Positions 38,860 to 49,169 are shown, counted from the stretch's first letter. The stretch: DNA of 64,000 nucleotides from Planctomycetaceae bacterium (GCA_040375695.1 JBEIRZ010000002.1:2056-66055); one strand, 5' to 3'. Numbers and translations are program-made. Notes: generated by a model from the letters alone, not told the origin.

Positions 38860-40278
38860 ATGCGAACCGAAAGGAGAACCCAACTAGGTCGGAAGGGATG
38901 GGGATACGTAGTCGGGATGGTGGCGATGATGGCTTGCTGGCTGACTTCGGCTTCAGAGCGGGGGCCTAACATCATCGTGATCCTCGCGGACGATTTAGGG
39001 TACGGTGATTTGGGTTGTTACGGGCATCCGACGATCCGCACGCCCAACCTTGACCGCATGGCAGCCCAGGGGGTCCGTTTCACGCAGTTCTATTCGGCGG
39101 CGTCGGTCTGCACGCCCAGCCGCGCCGCACTCTTGACGGGTAGGCTTCCGATTCGAAGCGGCATGTGCAGCGATCGCCGACGAGTCCTCTTCCCAGATTC
39201 GGGGGGCGGTATCCCGGCGGCGGAAATCACTTTGGCCGAAACGCTGCACGGGCTCGGTTATGCCACCGCCTGCATCGGCAAATGGCACCTCGGTCACCTC
39301 CCCCAATTCTTGCCGACACGGCATGGCTTCGATGAGTATTTCGGCATCCCTTACTCCAACGATATGGACCGCTCGAAGGGTGCCCCGGCGGGGAAAGAAG
39401 CCTTCTGGAAACCCGAGATCGGCTATTGGGACGTCCCGCTGATGCGGAACGACACGGTCATCGAACGCCCGGCAGACCAGACAACGATCACCCGTCGATA
39501 CACGGAACAAGCGATCGACTTCATCCGGCGTCACCAAGACCGGCCGTTCTTTCTGTACCTGCCCCATAACCTTCCGCACGTCCCTTTGTTTCGTTCAGCT
39601 GAGTTCACGGGTCGAAGCTTACGAGGGTTGTACGGAGATGTGGTGGAGGAGATCGACGCCGGAGTCGGCCAAATCCTCGACACGCTCCGGGTATTGAACC
39701 TGGACCGGAACACCATCGTCTGGTTCACCAGCGACAACGGACCGTGGCTCAGTTTCGATAGTCATGGCGGCTCCGCCGGGCTGCTACGGGACGGCAAGGG
39801 AACCACCTGGGAGGGAGGCATGCGGGTCCCGGCGATCGCTTGGCACCCCGGGGCGATCCCAGGCGGTCAAGTGACGGCCGCCTTAGCCACGACCATGGAC
39901 ATCTTTTGCACCTCGATCAACATCGCGGGGGGCCAACTCCCGAACGACCGCCCCCTCGACGGCTTCGACCTGACCGGAATGCTCCAAGGGGTTTCTCCCG
40001 CCCCCCGTGATGAGGTGGTTTATTACCGCGAGACGCGGCTCCTAGCGATCCGAAAAGGCCCCTGGAAGGCGCATTTCGTCACCCAGGCGTCCTACACCGG
40101 GAAGGACGAACCGACAGAACATAACCCGCCGCTCCTGTTCAACTTGGATGTCGACCCTTCCGAGAAATGGGACGTCGCCCAACAGCACCCCGAAATTATC
40201 GAGGAACTGCGGGCCAGCACCCGGAAATACGTCGAAGGGATTCGGCCGGCCCCGTCGCAGCTCGAAATCCCGCTTTGA
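38860..40278 (+). CDS. Arylsulfatase (formylglycine-dependent sulfatase family)
   Basis: Motifs are NIIVILADDLGYGDLGCYG, the FGly motif CTPSRAALLTGR, and GKWHLG. Confidence 0.9.
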   Translation: MRTERRTQLGRKGWGYVVGMVAMMACWLTSASERGPNIIVILADDLGYGDLGCYGHPTIRTPNLDRMAAQGVRFTQFYSAASVCTPSRAALLTGRLPIRSGMCSDRRRVLFPDSGGGIPAAEITLAETLHGLGYATACIGKWHLGHLPQFLPTRHGFDEYFGIPYSNDMDRSKGAPAGKEAFWKPEIGYWDVPLMRNDTVIERPADQTTITRRYTEQAIDFIRRHQDRPFFLYLPHNLPHVPLFRSAEFTGRSLRGLYGDVVEEIDAGVGQILDTLRVLNLDRNTIVWFTSDNGPWLSFDSHGGSAGLLRDGKGTTWEGGMRVPAIAWHPGAIPGGQVTAALATTMDIFCTSINIAGGQLPNDRPLDGFDLTGMLQGVSPAPRDEVVYYRETRLLAIRKGPWKAHFVTQASYTGKDEPTEHNPPLLFNLDVDPSEKWDVAQQHPEIIEELRASTRKYVEGIRPAPSQLEIPL

Positions 40279-40376
40279 CCTGTCAGCGGCCGGCCCCTTT
40301 GGTACGCTGATATCGATGATCGTTTCCCGTCATCGCTTGCCCGAACCCTTCGTGACGCGAGAATCTGATATCACTC

Positions 40377-42671
40377 ATGGATGACCTGTTGAGCGGTCTG
40401 ACCGACCCGCAGCAGAAAGCGGTCAATCACATCGACGGGCCACTCCTGATGCTAGCCGGCCCGGGCAGCGGTAAAACCCGCGTTGTCACGCACCGGATCG
40501 CGAACCTCCTTCGACACGGGATACCGCCATGGCAAATCGTGGCGCTCACCTTCACCAACAAGGCAGCCCAGGAGATGCGTTCGCGGGTGGAGGCGCTGGC
40601 CCCCGGCCAAGCGGTCTTCATGGGAACCTTTCACCGCTTCTGTGCTCGGCTGCTCCGTCGCTACGGTTCGATGATCGGCTTAGGCGAAAACTATTCGATC
40701 TACGACACGGACGATTCCAAACAGTTGATGAAGCGGGCGTGCGAGTTGGCTGGAGTAACCCTCTCCCACACTTCACCTGATGCGGTCGCATCGGTGATCA
40801 GCCGTGCGAAAAACAAACTGATCACCGCCGATGAGATGAAACGGATGCAAGTCCGCCACAACGAACGGGTAGCCCAACAGGTCTATCCGATCTATCAGAA
40901 GCTTTTGATCACCGCGAACGCCGTCGATTTTGACGACCTGCTAGTGCATACGGCCATACTCCTGCGAGAAAACGGAGAACTCCGTACCGAGCTTGACGCA
41001 CGATACCGGTACATACTCGTCGACGAATACCAGGACACGAACTTGGCGCAATACGCCATCGTCCGAGCGTTGTCGATCGATTACCCGAATCTGTCAGTGA
41101 CAGGCGATCCTGACCAATCGATCTACGGCTGGCGTGGCGCGAACTTAAACAACATCCTTGACTTCGAAAAGGACTATCCCGAAGTCAAAACGGTGAGGCT
41201 CGAACAGAACTATCGAAGCACGCCGAATATCCTACGCGTCGCAGACCAACTGATCCGACACAACCGTCGCAGGAAACACAAAGAGCTCTTCACGACAAAC
41301 CCGGAAGGGGAGCCCGTCACCCTGAAGTGTTACCGTGACGGACGGAGCGAAGCCGATGACATCGCCGATCAGATCTCGCATGCCATCGCCAATGGTGAGG
41401 CAAGGCCTCGGGATTTTGCCGTATTCTTCAGGATGAACTCGCTGACCCGGGCGCTTGAGCACGCGATGCGTCGATGTGGATTACCCTATCAGATCGTCAA
41501 CGGCGTCGAATTCTATCAGCGCAAAGAGATCAAAGACGTCCTGGCTTACCTGCATCTGATCAACAACCCCGCCAATGACGTCGCATTCGAACGGATCCTC
41601 AACGTCCCTACCCGAGGGATCGGGGCGACGACGCTGCAACGACTCAGGAGCGCCGCGGACCGCCACGGCACGCCGTTATTGGAAGCCGCCAGACACGTGG
41701 CAAAGATCCAATCCATCCCAAAACGCTCTGCGGCACTGATCGGAAAATTCGTCGCGCTGTACGATTCGCTCCGGGCCAAAGCGGCCGCCCCGGTCGAAGA
41801 CCTGATCGAGTTCCTGTTGGAGGAAACGAAATACCGCCAGTACCTCGAACAATCGGGCGAGGACGAACAAGACAACGACCGATTGGCCAATGTCGATGAA
41901 CTCGTTTCTGCGGCCGCGGAATACGACACGCAACACCCGCAAGACGGTTCGCTCGACGAATTTCTCGAACAGGTGGCATTGGTTTCGGCGACGGACGATT
42001 GGCAAGAGGAGAGCGATCGCGTGACGCTGATGACCCTCCACGCCTCCAAGGGGCTTGAGTTTCCGCGTGTTTTTGTCATCGGGGTCGAAGACAACCTCTT
42101 ACCGCATGCCCGGAGCAAAGAAAGCGACGACCAGATCGAAGAGGAGCGTCGATTGCTTTTCGTGGGGATCACCCGCGCCCGCCATCGGCTGCAGCTCAGT
42201 TACTGTCAATGTCGAAACACCCATGGCGATTTCAGGCCTGTGGTCGCCAGTCCGTTCCTGATGGAATTGCCGAGGGAGGATCTCCGGCAGGTCGACTCGC
42301 CTTCGGATGAAGACTTTTTCGAACACGATTCATACCCCGAGTCTTGGGACATTCCGGTCGAGGAGACCGAGGAGGTCTTTCGCTTCGACAGCGGCAAGAG
42401 TAAGACTGCGCTACCAGCCGCACCGACGGCCCGGCGCAACCCGCAAGTCAATCATGCCCCCGTTTTGACCGCAGCCCAGATGCTCGGCCGGTCGTCTGAA
42501 CAGCCCGCCGTTTTCCGCGAGGGGATGAAAGTATCGCATCCGAGACATGGCATCGGGACGGTCATTTCACTTTCTGGCCGAGGTTCCAAATGCATCGTCA
42601 AAGTCCGTTTTTCCGTTGGCGAAATCAAATCCTTCCGCGTCATTCATTCCGACCTGCGGCCTGCGGAATGA
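40377..42671 (+). CDS. pcrA: UvrD/PcrA-type ATP-dependent DNA helicase
   Basis: SF1 helicase motifs are present: AGPGSGKTRV, LVDEYQDTN, GDPDQSIYGWRGA, LEQNYRS, TLHASKGLEFP and VGITRAR. A C-terminal Tudor-like segment (GMKVSHPRHGIGTVI) follows. Confidence 0.92.
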   Translation: MDDLLSGLTDPQQKAVNHIDGPLLMLAGPGSGKTRVVTHRIANLLRHGIPPWQIVALTFTNKAAQEMRSRVEALAPGQAVFMGTFHRFCARLLRRYGSMIGLGENYSIYDTDDSKQLMKRACELAGVTLSHTSPDAVASVISRAKNKLITADEMKRMQVRHNERVAQQVYPIYQKLLITANAVDFDDLLVHTAILLRENGELRTELDARYRYILVDEYQDTNLAQYAIVRALSIDYPNLSVTGDPDQSIYGWRGANLNNILDFEKDYPEVKTVRLEQNYRSTPNILRVADQLIRHNRRRKHKELFTTNPEGEPVTLKCYRDGRSEADDIADQISHAIANGEARPRDFAVFFRMNSLTRALEHAMRRCGLPYQIVNGVEFYQRKEIKDVLAYLHLINNPANDVAFERILNVPTRGIGATTLQRLRSAADRHGTPLLEAARHVAKIQSIPKRSAALIGKFVALYDSLRAKAAAPVEDLIEFLLEETKYRQYLEQSGEDEQDNDRLANVDELVSAAAEYDTQHPQDGSLDEFLEQVALVSATDDWQEESDRVTLMTLHASKGLEFPRVFVIGVEDNLLPHARSKESDDQIEEERRLLFVGITRARHRLQLSYCQCRNTHGDFRPVVASPFLMELPREDLRQVDSPSDEDFFEHDSYPESWDIPVEETEEVFRFDSGKSKTALPAAPTARRNPQVNHAPVLTAAQMLGRSSEQPAVFREGMKVSHPRHGIGTVISLSGRGSKCIVKVRFSVGEIKSFRVIHSDLRPAE

Positions 42672-42724
42672 ACCATCGTCGCCGCAAGGAGCACTGACGG
42701 CCTCATCGGCCCGATGATCACCTG

Positions 42725-43255
42725 ATGACGGATCCAGAAATCAGCGAACTGGCATATCACGAAGCGGGACATGCGGTGGTCGCGGCTTGGTTAGGGGCAG
42801 AAGTCGTTTTGGTCACCTTAGAACCGGAAGATGACGACGGTCCGGTACGCGATGGGGATACGACCATACGCTGGCATCACCGCGGGCTTTCGACCAGCGA
42901 ATTGATGATCAGGGAATTGATGGCGGTGCTCGCCGGCCCGGTCTTCGAAATGACCTACGCGGGGATCGATCGGCGCCTCGATCGGCACCCGCCGTGGGAC
43001 GCCGACTGGAGACTCGCCCAAGGGCTAGCGGCGGGGCTAGCAAATTCCCCCGCCGGGGCCGCCAAAGTGATCGAGACGACACTTGGCAGGATTCGGGAAT
43101 TGGCCGACCAAGAACCGTTTTGGCAAACCGTTGCCGAAGTGGCCGATCTCCTCGAAGCCCACGAGAGCTTAAGCGGCGACGAGGTCCACGCCTGCCTAAC
43201 GCGTTGGCTCGGAAGCCGGGGCCACGACGCGGTCGGGAAAGGGGGCGTTTTTTAG
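42725..43255 (+). CDS. Stand-alone peptidase M41-like (FtsH protease-domain-like) protein
   Basis: The N-terminus AYHEAGHAVVAAWLG reproduces the FtsH HEXGH zinc site. No AAA+ module or TM helices are present. Length is 176 aa. Confidence 0.6.
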   Translation: MTDPEISELAYHEAGHAVVAAWLGAEVVLVTLEPEDDDGPVRDGDTTIRWHHRGLSTSELMIRELMAVLAGPVFEMTYAGIDRRLDRHPPWDADWRLAQGLAAGLANSPAGAAKVIETTLGRIRELADQEPFWQTVAEVADLLEAHESLSGDEVHACLTRWLGSRGHDAVGKGGVF

Positions 43256-43382
43256 GAATTGCGTCGGGTTTGTCGCATCGGTTGCTTGTCCGGCCTCCGG
43301 TGGAGCGGCTAAACTTGTTGGCTCTGGAAGTATCTTTGGCCCGCTTCTCGTCTCCCGCAGCCGCCCAAAAAGGAATGTATCG

Positions 43383-45137
43383 ATGAATCGCTCACGGTCG
43401 TGTCGTCGCCTAGGATTGGCGACCCCTCTGGTAGTCCTCTCGCTATTGACCAGTGTTTTTTTGCATACCAACACCCCAGCCTGGGGGCAGGACAAGACAC
43501 AACCGGCCTCGCCCAACGCCCCTGGGGTGGCCGCCGCCACCGACCCGATTTTGGTCGTCACGCTGGCATCGATGAACAAGCTCACCGCGGACATCAATTA
43601 CATTTCGGGCGCCGTTGGCCAGCCACAATTCGGCGGCCTCTTCGGGATGATGGCGGGGAGTTTCACCCAGGGGTTGGACACTGCCCGCCCCGTTGCGGTG
43701 CTGGTGCCGTTGATCAACGGCACGCCTCAGCCGATCGGTTTGATCCCGACCACGGATGTCGAACTGATGCTCAAGCGACTGGAAGGCCAAACCGGGCCTG
43801 CAGATAAGCTGGACGACGGCACCCTTGTGGTTGCCGCGGGAAACGCTTTGATCTACGTCCGTCAAGTCGGGGCTTGGGCAGTCGCCTCGAACAACCGCGA
43901 CGCTTTGAATTTCGTCCCGGCAGATCCCCAGACGATGCTGCAGGGGATGGGCGACAACTATGACATTGGCGTGCGGGTCAACTTGGGCGATATGCCTTTG
44001 CCGCTCCGCGAGATGATCGCAGAACAGTTGCAGCAGCAGATGAAGCAAGGCCTTGAGCAGGCCTTGGCGAATCAGGCGGACGTCGATGAAGAGGCGATCG
44101 CGATGAGCATGAAGCAAGTCGAACAGCTAAAGAAGACGTTGCTCGAAACAGACGAATTGATGTTTGGCCTGAACATCAATCCGACCAAACGAATGATCAA
44201 CGTCGATACCCAGTGGCAGGCGATCGAAGGGACATCCCTGGCCACCCAGAACAACGCACAAAAGTCGATCCCGTCGGCTTATTCGCTGGTCCTGAACGCG
44301 AACTCTCCGGTCCGCTATCACTCCGCAACCTCGATCCCGCCGGCGACGATCGAGATGTTCGAACAGGCGGTGAATACCGGCATGACGGGACTTTCGAAAA
44401 CCCTCGATGAACAGGAGCAAATCCCCGAGGATGTCAAAGGGGAAATCGAAGAGATGCTGCAGGGGTTGGTCAACATCGCCATGAAGACGATGAAGGAAGG
44501 GAAAAGCGATCTGGGGGTGGTGGTCGTGGCCGATGACGGTGTCTTCCGCGTGGCGGGGGGGGGCTTCCTCTACAGCGGCGCCGCGATGGCCGAATGGGTC
44601 CAGAAACTGGCGACCAAACTGCAGCAGATTCCCGATCCGCCGCAATTCAAATTCAACGAGTCGACCTACAATGGTGTGGCCATGCACTCGATCACGATAA
44701 ATATCCCCGCCGACAAAACCGAGCTGATCTCGCTGTTGGGGCCACAGGCCGTGATCCATCTGGGGACGGCCCAGCAAGCGGTTTATTTCGGGGTAGGCAA
44801 AGATTCCACCGAGATGATGAAAAAGCTGATCGACTCTGCCGGCGCAGACAAAGGTGACCTGAGCGAACGCCCCCTCGGGCAGATGCGGATCCGCACCTTG
44901 CCGTTGCTTCGGTTAGCCCAATCCGTAAAAACCAACGACATGCTCACCGCGATGATCGACGCCGTAGCAAGGTCGAACGAGTTCGATTTCATTAACGTGA
45001 CGACGAAGCCGATCCCCAACGGACAATCGAGCGTGATCGAAATCGGCGAAGGCCTACTGAGCCTAGTCGGTGCTGCCATTCGGGAAGGGCAAAAGGCGCA
45101 ACTCCAGCAGCTGCAGCAACAGGGCGGTCAGTTCTGA
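43383..45137 (+). CDS. Hypothetical secreted protein
   Basis: The signal peptide is RRLGLATPLVVLSLLTSVFLHTNTPAWG. The 584-aa ORF has protein-like composition. No family was recognised. Confidence 0.75.
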   Translation: MNRSRSCRRLGLATPLVVLSLLTSVFLHTNTPAWGQDKTQPASPNAPGVAAATDPILVVTLASMNKLTADINYISGAVGQPQFGGLFGMMAGSFTQGLDTARPVAVLVPLINGTPQPIGLIPTTDVELMLKRLEGQTGPADKLDDGTLVVAAGNALIYVRQVGAWAVASNNRDALNFVPADPQTMLQGMGDNYDIGVRVNLGDMPLPLREMIAEQLQQQMKQGLEQALANQADVDEEAIAMSMKQVEQLKKTLLETDELMFGLNINPTKRMINVDTQWQAIEGTSLATQNNAQKSIPSAYSLVLNANSPVRYHSATSIPPATIEMFEQAVNTGMTGLSKTLDEQEQIPEDVKGEIEEMLQGLVNIAMKTMKEGKSDLGVVVVADDGVFRVAGGGFLYSGAAMAEWVQKLATKLQQIPDPPQFKFNESTYNGVAMHSITINIPADKTELISLLGPQAVIHLGTAQQAVYFGVGKDSTEMMKKLIDSAGADKGDLSERPLGQMRIRTLPLLRLAQSVKTNDMLTAMIDAVARSNEFDFINVTTKPIPNGQSSVIEIGEGLLSLVGAAIREGQKAQLQQLQQQGGQF

Positions 45138-45148
45138 CCCCGATCAGG

Positions 45149-46123
45149 ATGTTTGGGGCTAACTCTAGTGCGCCGAGGAGAAGCCTCCCCTCATTTTTGT
45201 GGTTCGGGCTTGGTCTCATGACAGGCATCGCCATCGGCAGTTCGGTTGGGTCGCGTTATTCGCGGCCGCAAGCGGCCGTGTTAAGGCCGACACCGACCGC
45301 CGAATGTGGAAGGCCGAGCGAAGATTCGGGATCGGTCCCAAACGGTGAATCGCCTCTGCAAGGCGGCCAGCCGTGGGGAATGGCGGAGGTTTTATCCCTT
45401 GCCGAACAGTCCCTGGATCGATTTCGAGTCCGGGTGGGGGATTACACGGCGACACTCGTCAAACAGGAAGCGATCAACGGTAAGCTCGGAGACCCCCAGA
45501 GGATCGCGATAAAAGTCCAGTGCCCCCATCGGCCTGAAGCCCCCGACGTTCGACATCCGTTGCGTGTCTACCTGCGATTCGAAAGTCCCTCAAATGTCGC
45601 CGGCCGGGAAGTGATTTGGGCAGAAGACCTACACGATGCAAAAATGGTCGTTCATGAAGCCGGGATTTTAGGATTGATGAGCTTACGACTCGAACCAACC
45701 GGATTGATAGCGATGCAAGGGCAAAGGTATCCCATCACGGAAATCGGTCTGACAAACCTACTGGAGAAACTTGTAGCCCGCGGCCGCCAAGACCTAGATA
45801 ATTCCGACGTGAGCGTTAGCGTTATGCAGGGGTTGGAACTGGAGGGGCTCGTTTGCGACCGCATCGAGGTCCTAAGGCGAAAGCCTTCAGGAAAAGCTGA
45901 CGATTTTTCACGGGCTGAAATCTGGTTCGATCCCCGAACCGAACTCCCGATCCGCTATTCGGCCTACGGTTGGCGACCCGATCCGAAAAAGGGAGCGGAC
46001 CCCAAGACTCCGCCCGCACCGGGGGATCTCATCGAATCCTACACCTATCTCGACATCCGAACCAATGTCGGCCTGTCAGACGCCGACTTTGATCCGGAAA
46101 ATCCGGAATACCAGTTTCCATAG
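45149..46123 (+). CDS. Hypothetical membrane-anchored protein (possibly DUF1571-like)
   Basis: There is an N-terminal TM helix (FLWFGLGLMTGIAIGSSV). The gene starts 11 nt after the upstream gene. The DUF1571 resemblance is from memory only and unverified. Confidence 0.6.
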   Translation: MFGANSSAPRRSLPSFLWFGLGLMTGIAIGSSVGSRYSRPQAAVLRPTPTAECGRPSEDSGSVPNGESPLQGGQPWGMAEVLSLAEQSLDRFRVRVGDYTATLVKQEAINGKLGDPQRIAIKVQCPHRPEAPDVRHPLRVYLRFESPSNVAGREVIWAEDLHDAKMVVHEAGILGLMSLRLEPTGLIAMQGQRYPITEIGLTNLLEKLVARGRQDLDNSDVSVSVMQGLELEGLVCDRIEVLRRKPSGKADDFSRAEIWFDPRTELPIRYSAYGWRPDPKKGADPKTPPAPGDLIESYTYLDIRTNVGLSDADFDPENPEYQFP

Positions 46124-46130
46124 GATCGAG

Positions 46131-46577
46131 ATGTTCGGTACCGGTAAATCGAATGGCGTCAGTAGCGTCGACGTGGACTGGCGAAAGCTGACGGGGCTGC
46201 TCGAAGCCACGGACCAACGTGCTGCTGTTAAGCAAAGCTTTCCCGATGTCGGACAGGAAAGCTTCATGTCGGCGCTCAGGAGAATCGATCCGCCCACGGC
46301 ATCCGAGGTGATGACGGCGGGAAACGCCTGGCAAGGGGCAACGGAGCTGGTGAGTTATCCTGTGATCGCCATCGCCGGCATGCTCAACAGCGGTAAAACA
46401 AGCCTCGTTTCGACCTTTTTTAAGCCCACAGGGACGCACCCGAACCCTGAGAGGCGTGGGCAATGCCCAAGGCACCCATCGGTTCGTCTTATGGTTACCG
46501 CAGCGCTGGAGATCCGACCCATCGTTATGGGACTTGCTGCAGGAAAGGCTAGCCGAAACCTTTGGACATGCCCCTGA
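46131..46577 (+). CDS. P-loop GTPase, N-terminal fragment (reading frame broken at the T6 run 46416-46421)
   Basis: The ATG at 46131 has AGGA 6 nt upstream. The G1/Walker A motif is IAIAGMLNSGKTSLVSTF. After the T-run this frame gives a non-protein-like Pro/Arg-rich tail. Confidence 0.6.
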   Translation: MFGTGKSNGVSSVDVDWRKLTGLLEATDQRAAVKQSFPDVGQESFMSALRRIDPPTASEVMTAGNAWQGATELVSYPVIAIAGMLNSGKTSLVSTFFKPTGTHPNPERRGQCPRHPSVRLMVTAALEIRPIVMGLAAGKASRNLWTCP

Positions 46578-48234
46578 GGCCCTCGCAGACTCCCCTGAAA
46601 AGGCCCATCGCCAATACAGCAATCGCGATGGAGGGAAGGGCTCCCTATCGATCCCACTTGTCGCGACCGACCCCGCCCTCGACACCGCGGGGGTCGGACT
46701 GCTCGATTGCCCCGACATCGTTTCGGACGAGATCCTTGGGCTCGGATCGCCGGGCGATCGGCGAAAGGTTCTGGGCCGGGCCTCGACCCTCTGCTCCGCG
46801 TTCTTGGTAGTCGCGTCGGCCGAGCAGTGCCGCGATGTGACGCTCGGGGAGTTGATGCGAATCGCAGGGGATCTGATGCCTGGGATCCCCAGGATGTTGG
46901 CGATCAATAAGGTGCGATCTCGCGAGCAACTTCCGCACCAAGTCTTCCAAACTTTTCAGCCGATGATGCGGCATCATCAGGTCGAAGCGATCTTCGCGGC
47001 CTATGACTTTGACGTTGCGAGCAACGCCCCATTCATTCCCCGTGGGTTGCATAACTCGGTAGCGCCACCACTGGAAGATGGCGAGGACTTGCCGATCTTT
47101 TTCAAGCTTTCGGAACGAGCAGACCAGAACCCGCCAAACGGGATCTCCACAGACAAGTTGCTGGTCTCCCTCCCACGGAAACTCGATCGTGGCGAGCTAT
47201 TCGAACGCTTCAGGGCCGCACTCGAATCGAACGTCCGCACCGCGATCTGGGATAAAGGGCGGGAACGGATACTGCAGGAACTTTCGACGCAAGAAGAACG
47301 GCTACGCAACGCCAGGGCATGCATGACCAAGGTGGGGCTGGATGTTTTTGCGCAGCGGGGTGACGGCGGCGGCATCGAGCGTTTGCGATTGCATCAGAAC
47401 CAACGGATCGTCGAACAATTGACGGTCACATTTGCGAACACCGCACCTTGGTACGCGAGATGGAGCGTTGGGCTGAGCACGAAGTATCGTCGTGTCGTCG
47501 GCGGTGCGGGCGATTGGTTCCGCAAATGGCTTCCGACACAAGCCTTGGAGGATAAGGCGGAGGCGCTACGAGGGCGTCTGCGGCGAGGGGATTACGGGAG
47601 CTTGATGACACCTGAGAAGCTTCAAACGCTGATCCGACAGCAAGCCGAAACCCATCCGTTGGCACACTGGGAGGACAACTCCCCGTGGTCCGAGGCCTGC
47701 AGAACCGCGATCCATCGCTACGATCGGGATGACTTTACCGCACTTGATCCCTATGAACTCGAAGAGGCGTGTCGTGACATGTGGTCTAAAGTCTCTTGGG
47801 TCGAAAAAGGGAAATTGACTTCGATCCCATTGCTGGTGCTGTTGACCGCGTTCACGGCCGTGTTGATGTTGCCGCTTGACATGGGAGCAACGGTCTTGGC
47901 GTCGGCTTCGATTTCGGAGCTTCTCGCGGCCAGCGGTCTGACAGCAGCGGCATCGATCTGGGCCGGCGGTAAAACGACTTCTTTGGTGGAACAGCAGGCC
48001 GCCAAGCAGCAATTCGTCGACTTGATCGCCGTTCTGTGTGACACGTTCGGGATCCCTCGAGAGACAAAGGCACCGCGGATTCGTATCGGCAAGGAAGACG
48101 TCAAACTTCCCGACCCGAAGATCGCTTTGCGAGGGCCCATCGGCCCGACCTTAGCGATCCGGAATTGGTCCGACGCATTCGAGTCGGATTTGCGCAAGAT
48201 GCTCGATTTACCCAGCAATACCCCACCCCGATGA
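46456..48234 (+). CDS. P-loop GTPase, C-terminal fragment (continues the upstream fragment in the +1 frame) with C-terminal TM helices
   Basis: This frame is open from 46366. It reads FLSPQGRTRTLRGVGNAQGTHRFVLWLP right after the T-run. It carries a G3-like LLDCPD, a G4-like INKV, and TM helices (IPLLVLLTAFTAVLMLPL, ...). The track GTG start at 46456 is probably not a real initiation site. Confidence 0.7.
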   Translation: MGNAQGTHRFVLWLPQRWRSDPSLWDLLQERLAETFGHAPEALADSPEKAHRQYSNRDGGKGSLSIPLVATDPALDTAGVGLLDCPDIVSDEILGLGSPGDRRKVLGRASTLCSAFLVVASAEQCRDVTLGELMRIAGDLMPGIPRMLAINKVRSREQLPHQVFQTFQPMMRHHQVEAIFAAYDFDVASNAPFIPRGLHNSVAPPLEDGEDLPIFFKLSERADQNPPNGISTDKLLVSLPRKLDRGELFERFRAALESNVRTAIWDKGRERILQELSTQEERLRNARACMTKVGLDVFAQRGDGGGIERLRLHQNQRIVEQLTVTFANTAPWYARWSVGLSTKYRRVVGGAGDWFRKWLPTQALEDKAEALRGRLRRGDYGSLMTPEKLQTLIRQQAETHPLAHWEDNSPWSEACRTAIHRYDRDDFTALDPYELEEACRDMWSKVSWVEKGKLTSIPLLVLLTAFTAVLMLPLDMGATVLASASISELLAASGLTAAASIWAGGKTTSLVEQQAAKQQFVDLIAVLCDTFGIPRETKAPRIRIGKEDVKLPDPKIALRGPIGPTLAIRNWSDAFESDLRKMLDLPSNTPPR

Positions 48235-49169
48235 CCGAAGATCTGGCCGCCTCGCCGAAGCCGCTCTACACACGGGCGATCCGCGCCACCCTGGTAGGTT
48301 TGGCCGCGAATTTCTTCCTTGGTGCGGTGAAGCTGACAGGGGGCATGATCGGCGGTTCATTCGCACTCGTCTCCGACGCGATCAATTCGCTAGGCGATTC
48401 GCTCTCTTCAGTCGTCACCCTGGCCGCGCTGTGGTACGCACAACTTCCGGCCGATGAAGAACACCCGTACGGCCATACGCGTGTGGAAGCGGTCGCGGGC
48501 GCCTACATCGCGTTGGTGATTATCGGCACCGGTATCTATCTGGGCGTGGAGGCGATGCAATTATTGACCGCAACACGCCCGATACCTCCGGTCTGGTCAC
48601 TCTGGATAGCCGGGGGAAACGCGATCTTGAAGGAATGGCTTTATTGGTACAACCGCCGGGTGGCGATCCAGACCGGTTCCTCCGCGATGCTCGCCAGCGC
48701 CTGGGACCACCGAAGCGACGCGATGTGTTCACTGGCTGTCGTCGTTGGCCTTGCTGCTGTGCGTTGGGCAGGTCCCGGTTATGCTTGGGCGGATGGCGGG
48801 GCTGCACTTTGTGTGGTCGGGGCCATCATGTGGTCCGGCGTGAAACTGCTAAAACAATCGACGGGCGATCTCTTGGACCCACAAGCAGATCCGGATCTTG
48901 TCGCGCAGGTCCGCGGGCTTGCCACATCGGTCCCTGGGGTATCGGCTGTGGAAAAGCTCTGGGTCCGAAAGACCGGGATCGAATACCTCGTAGACATCCA
49001 CATCCAAGTCGACCCGCTGATGACCGTCGATGAGGGCCACCGAATTAGCCACGATGTCAAGAACCGTTTGATCAACGGGTTTGCCCTGGTCAAAGACGTC
49101 CTGGTGCACCTCGAGCCCTATCACCACGAGACTGCCGCGACGTCGATCAATACGCGATCGGTTCGATAA
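48231..49169 (+). CDS. Cation diffusion facilitator (CDF) family metal efflux transporter
   Basis: The TM2 motif is SFALVSDAINSLGDSLSS. It also has HPYGHTRVE, TM5 AWDHRSDA and a C-terminal cytoplasmic domain. The ATG at 48231 overlaps the upstream TGA as ATGA. Confidence 0.9.
   Translation: MTEDLAASPKPLYTRAIRATLVGLAANFFLGAVKLTGGMIGGSFALVSDAINSLGDSLSSVVTLAALWYAQLPADEEHPYGHTRVEAVAGAYIALVIIGTGIYLGVEAMQLLTATRPIPPVWSLWIAGGNAILKEWLYWYNRRVAIQTGSSAMLASAWDHRSDAMCSLAVVVGLAAVRWAGPGYAWADGGAALCVVGAIMWSGVKLLKQSTGDLLDPQADPDLVAQVRGLATSVPGVSAVEKLWVRKTGIEYLVDIHIQVDPLMTVDEGHRISHDVKNRLINGFALVKDVLVHLEPYHHETAATSINTRSVR

Noticed and set aside
46029-46907. 292-aa minus-strand ORF spanning the boundary of the DUF1571-like and GTPase genes
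   Set aside because: It is antisense to two plus-strand genes with good starts and motifs. Its translation is Ser/Arg/Pro-rich.
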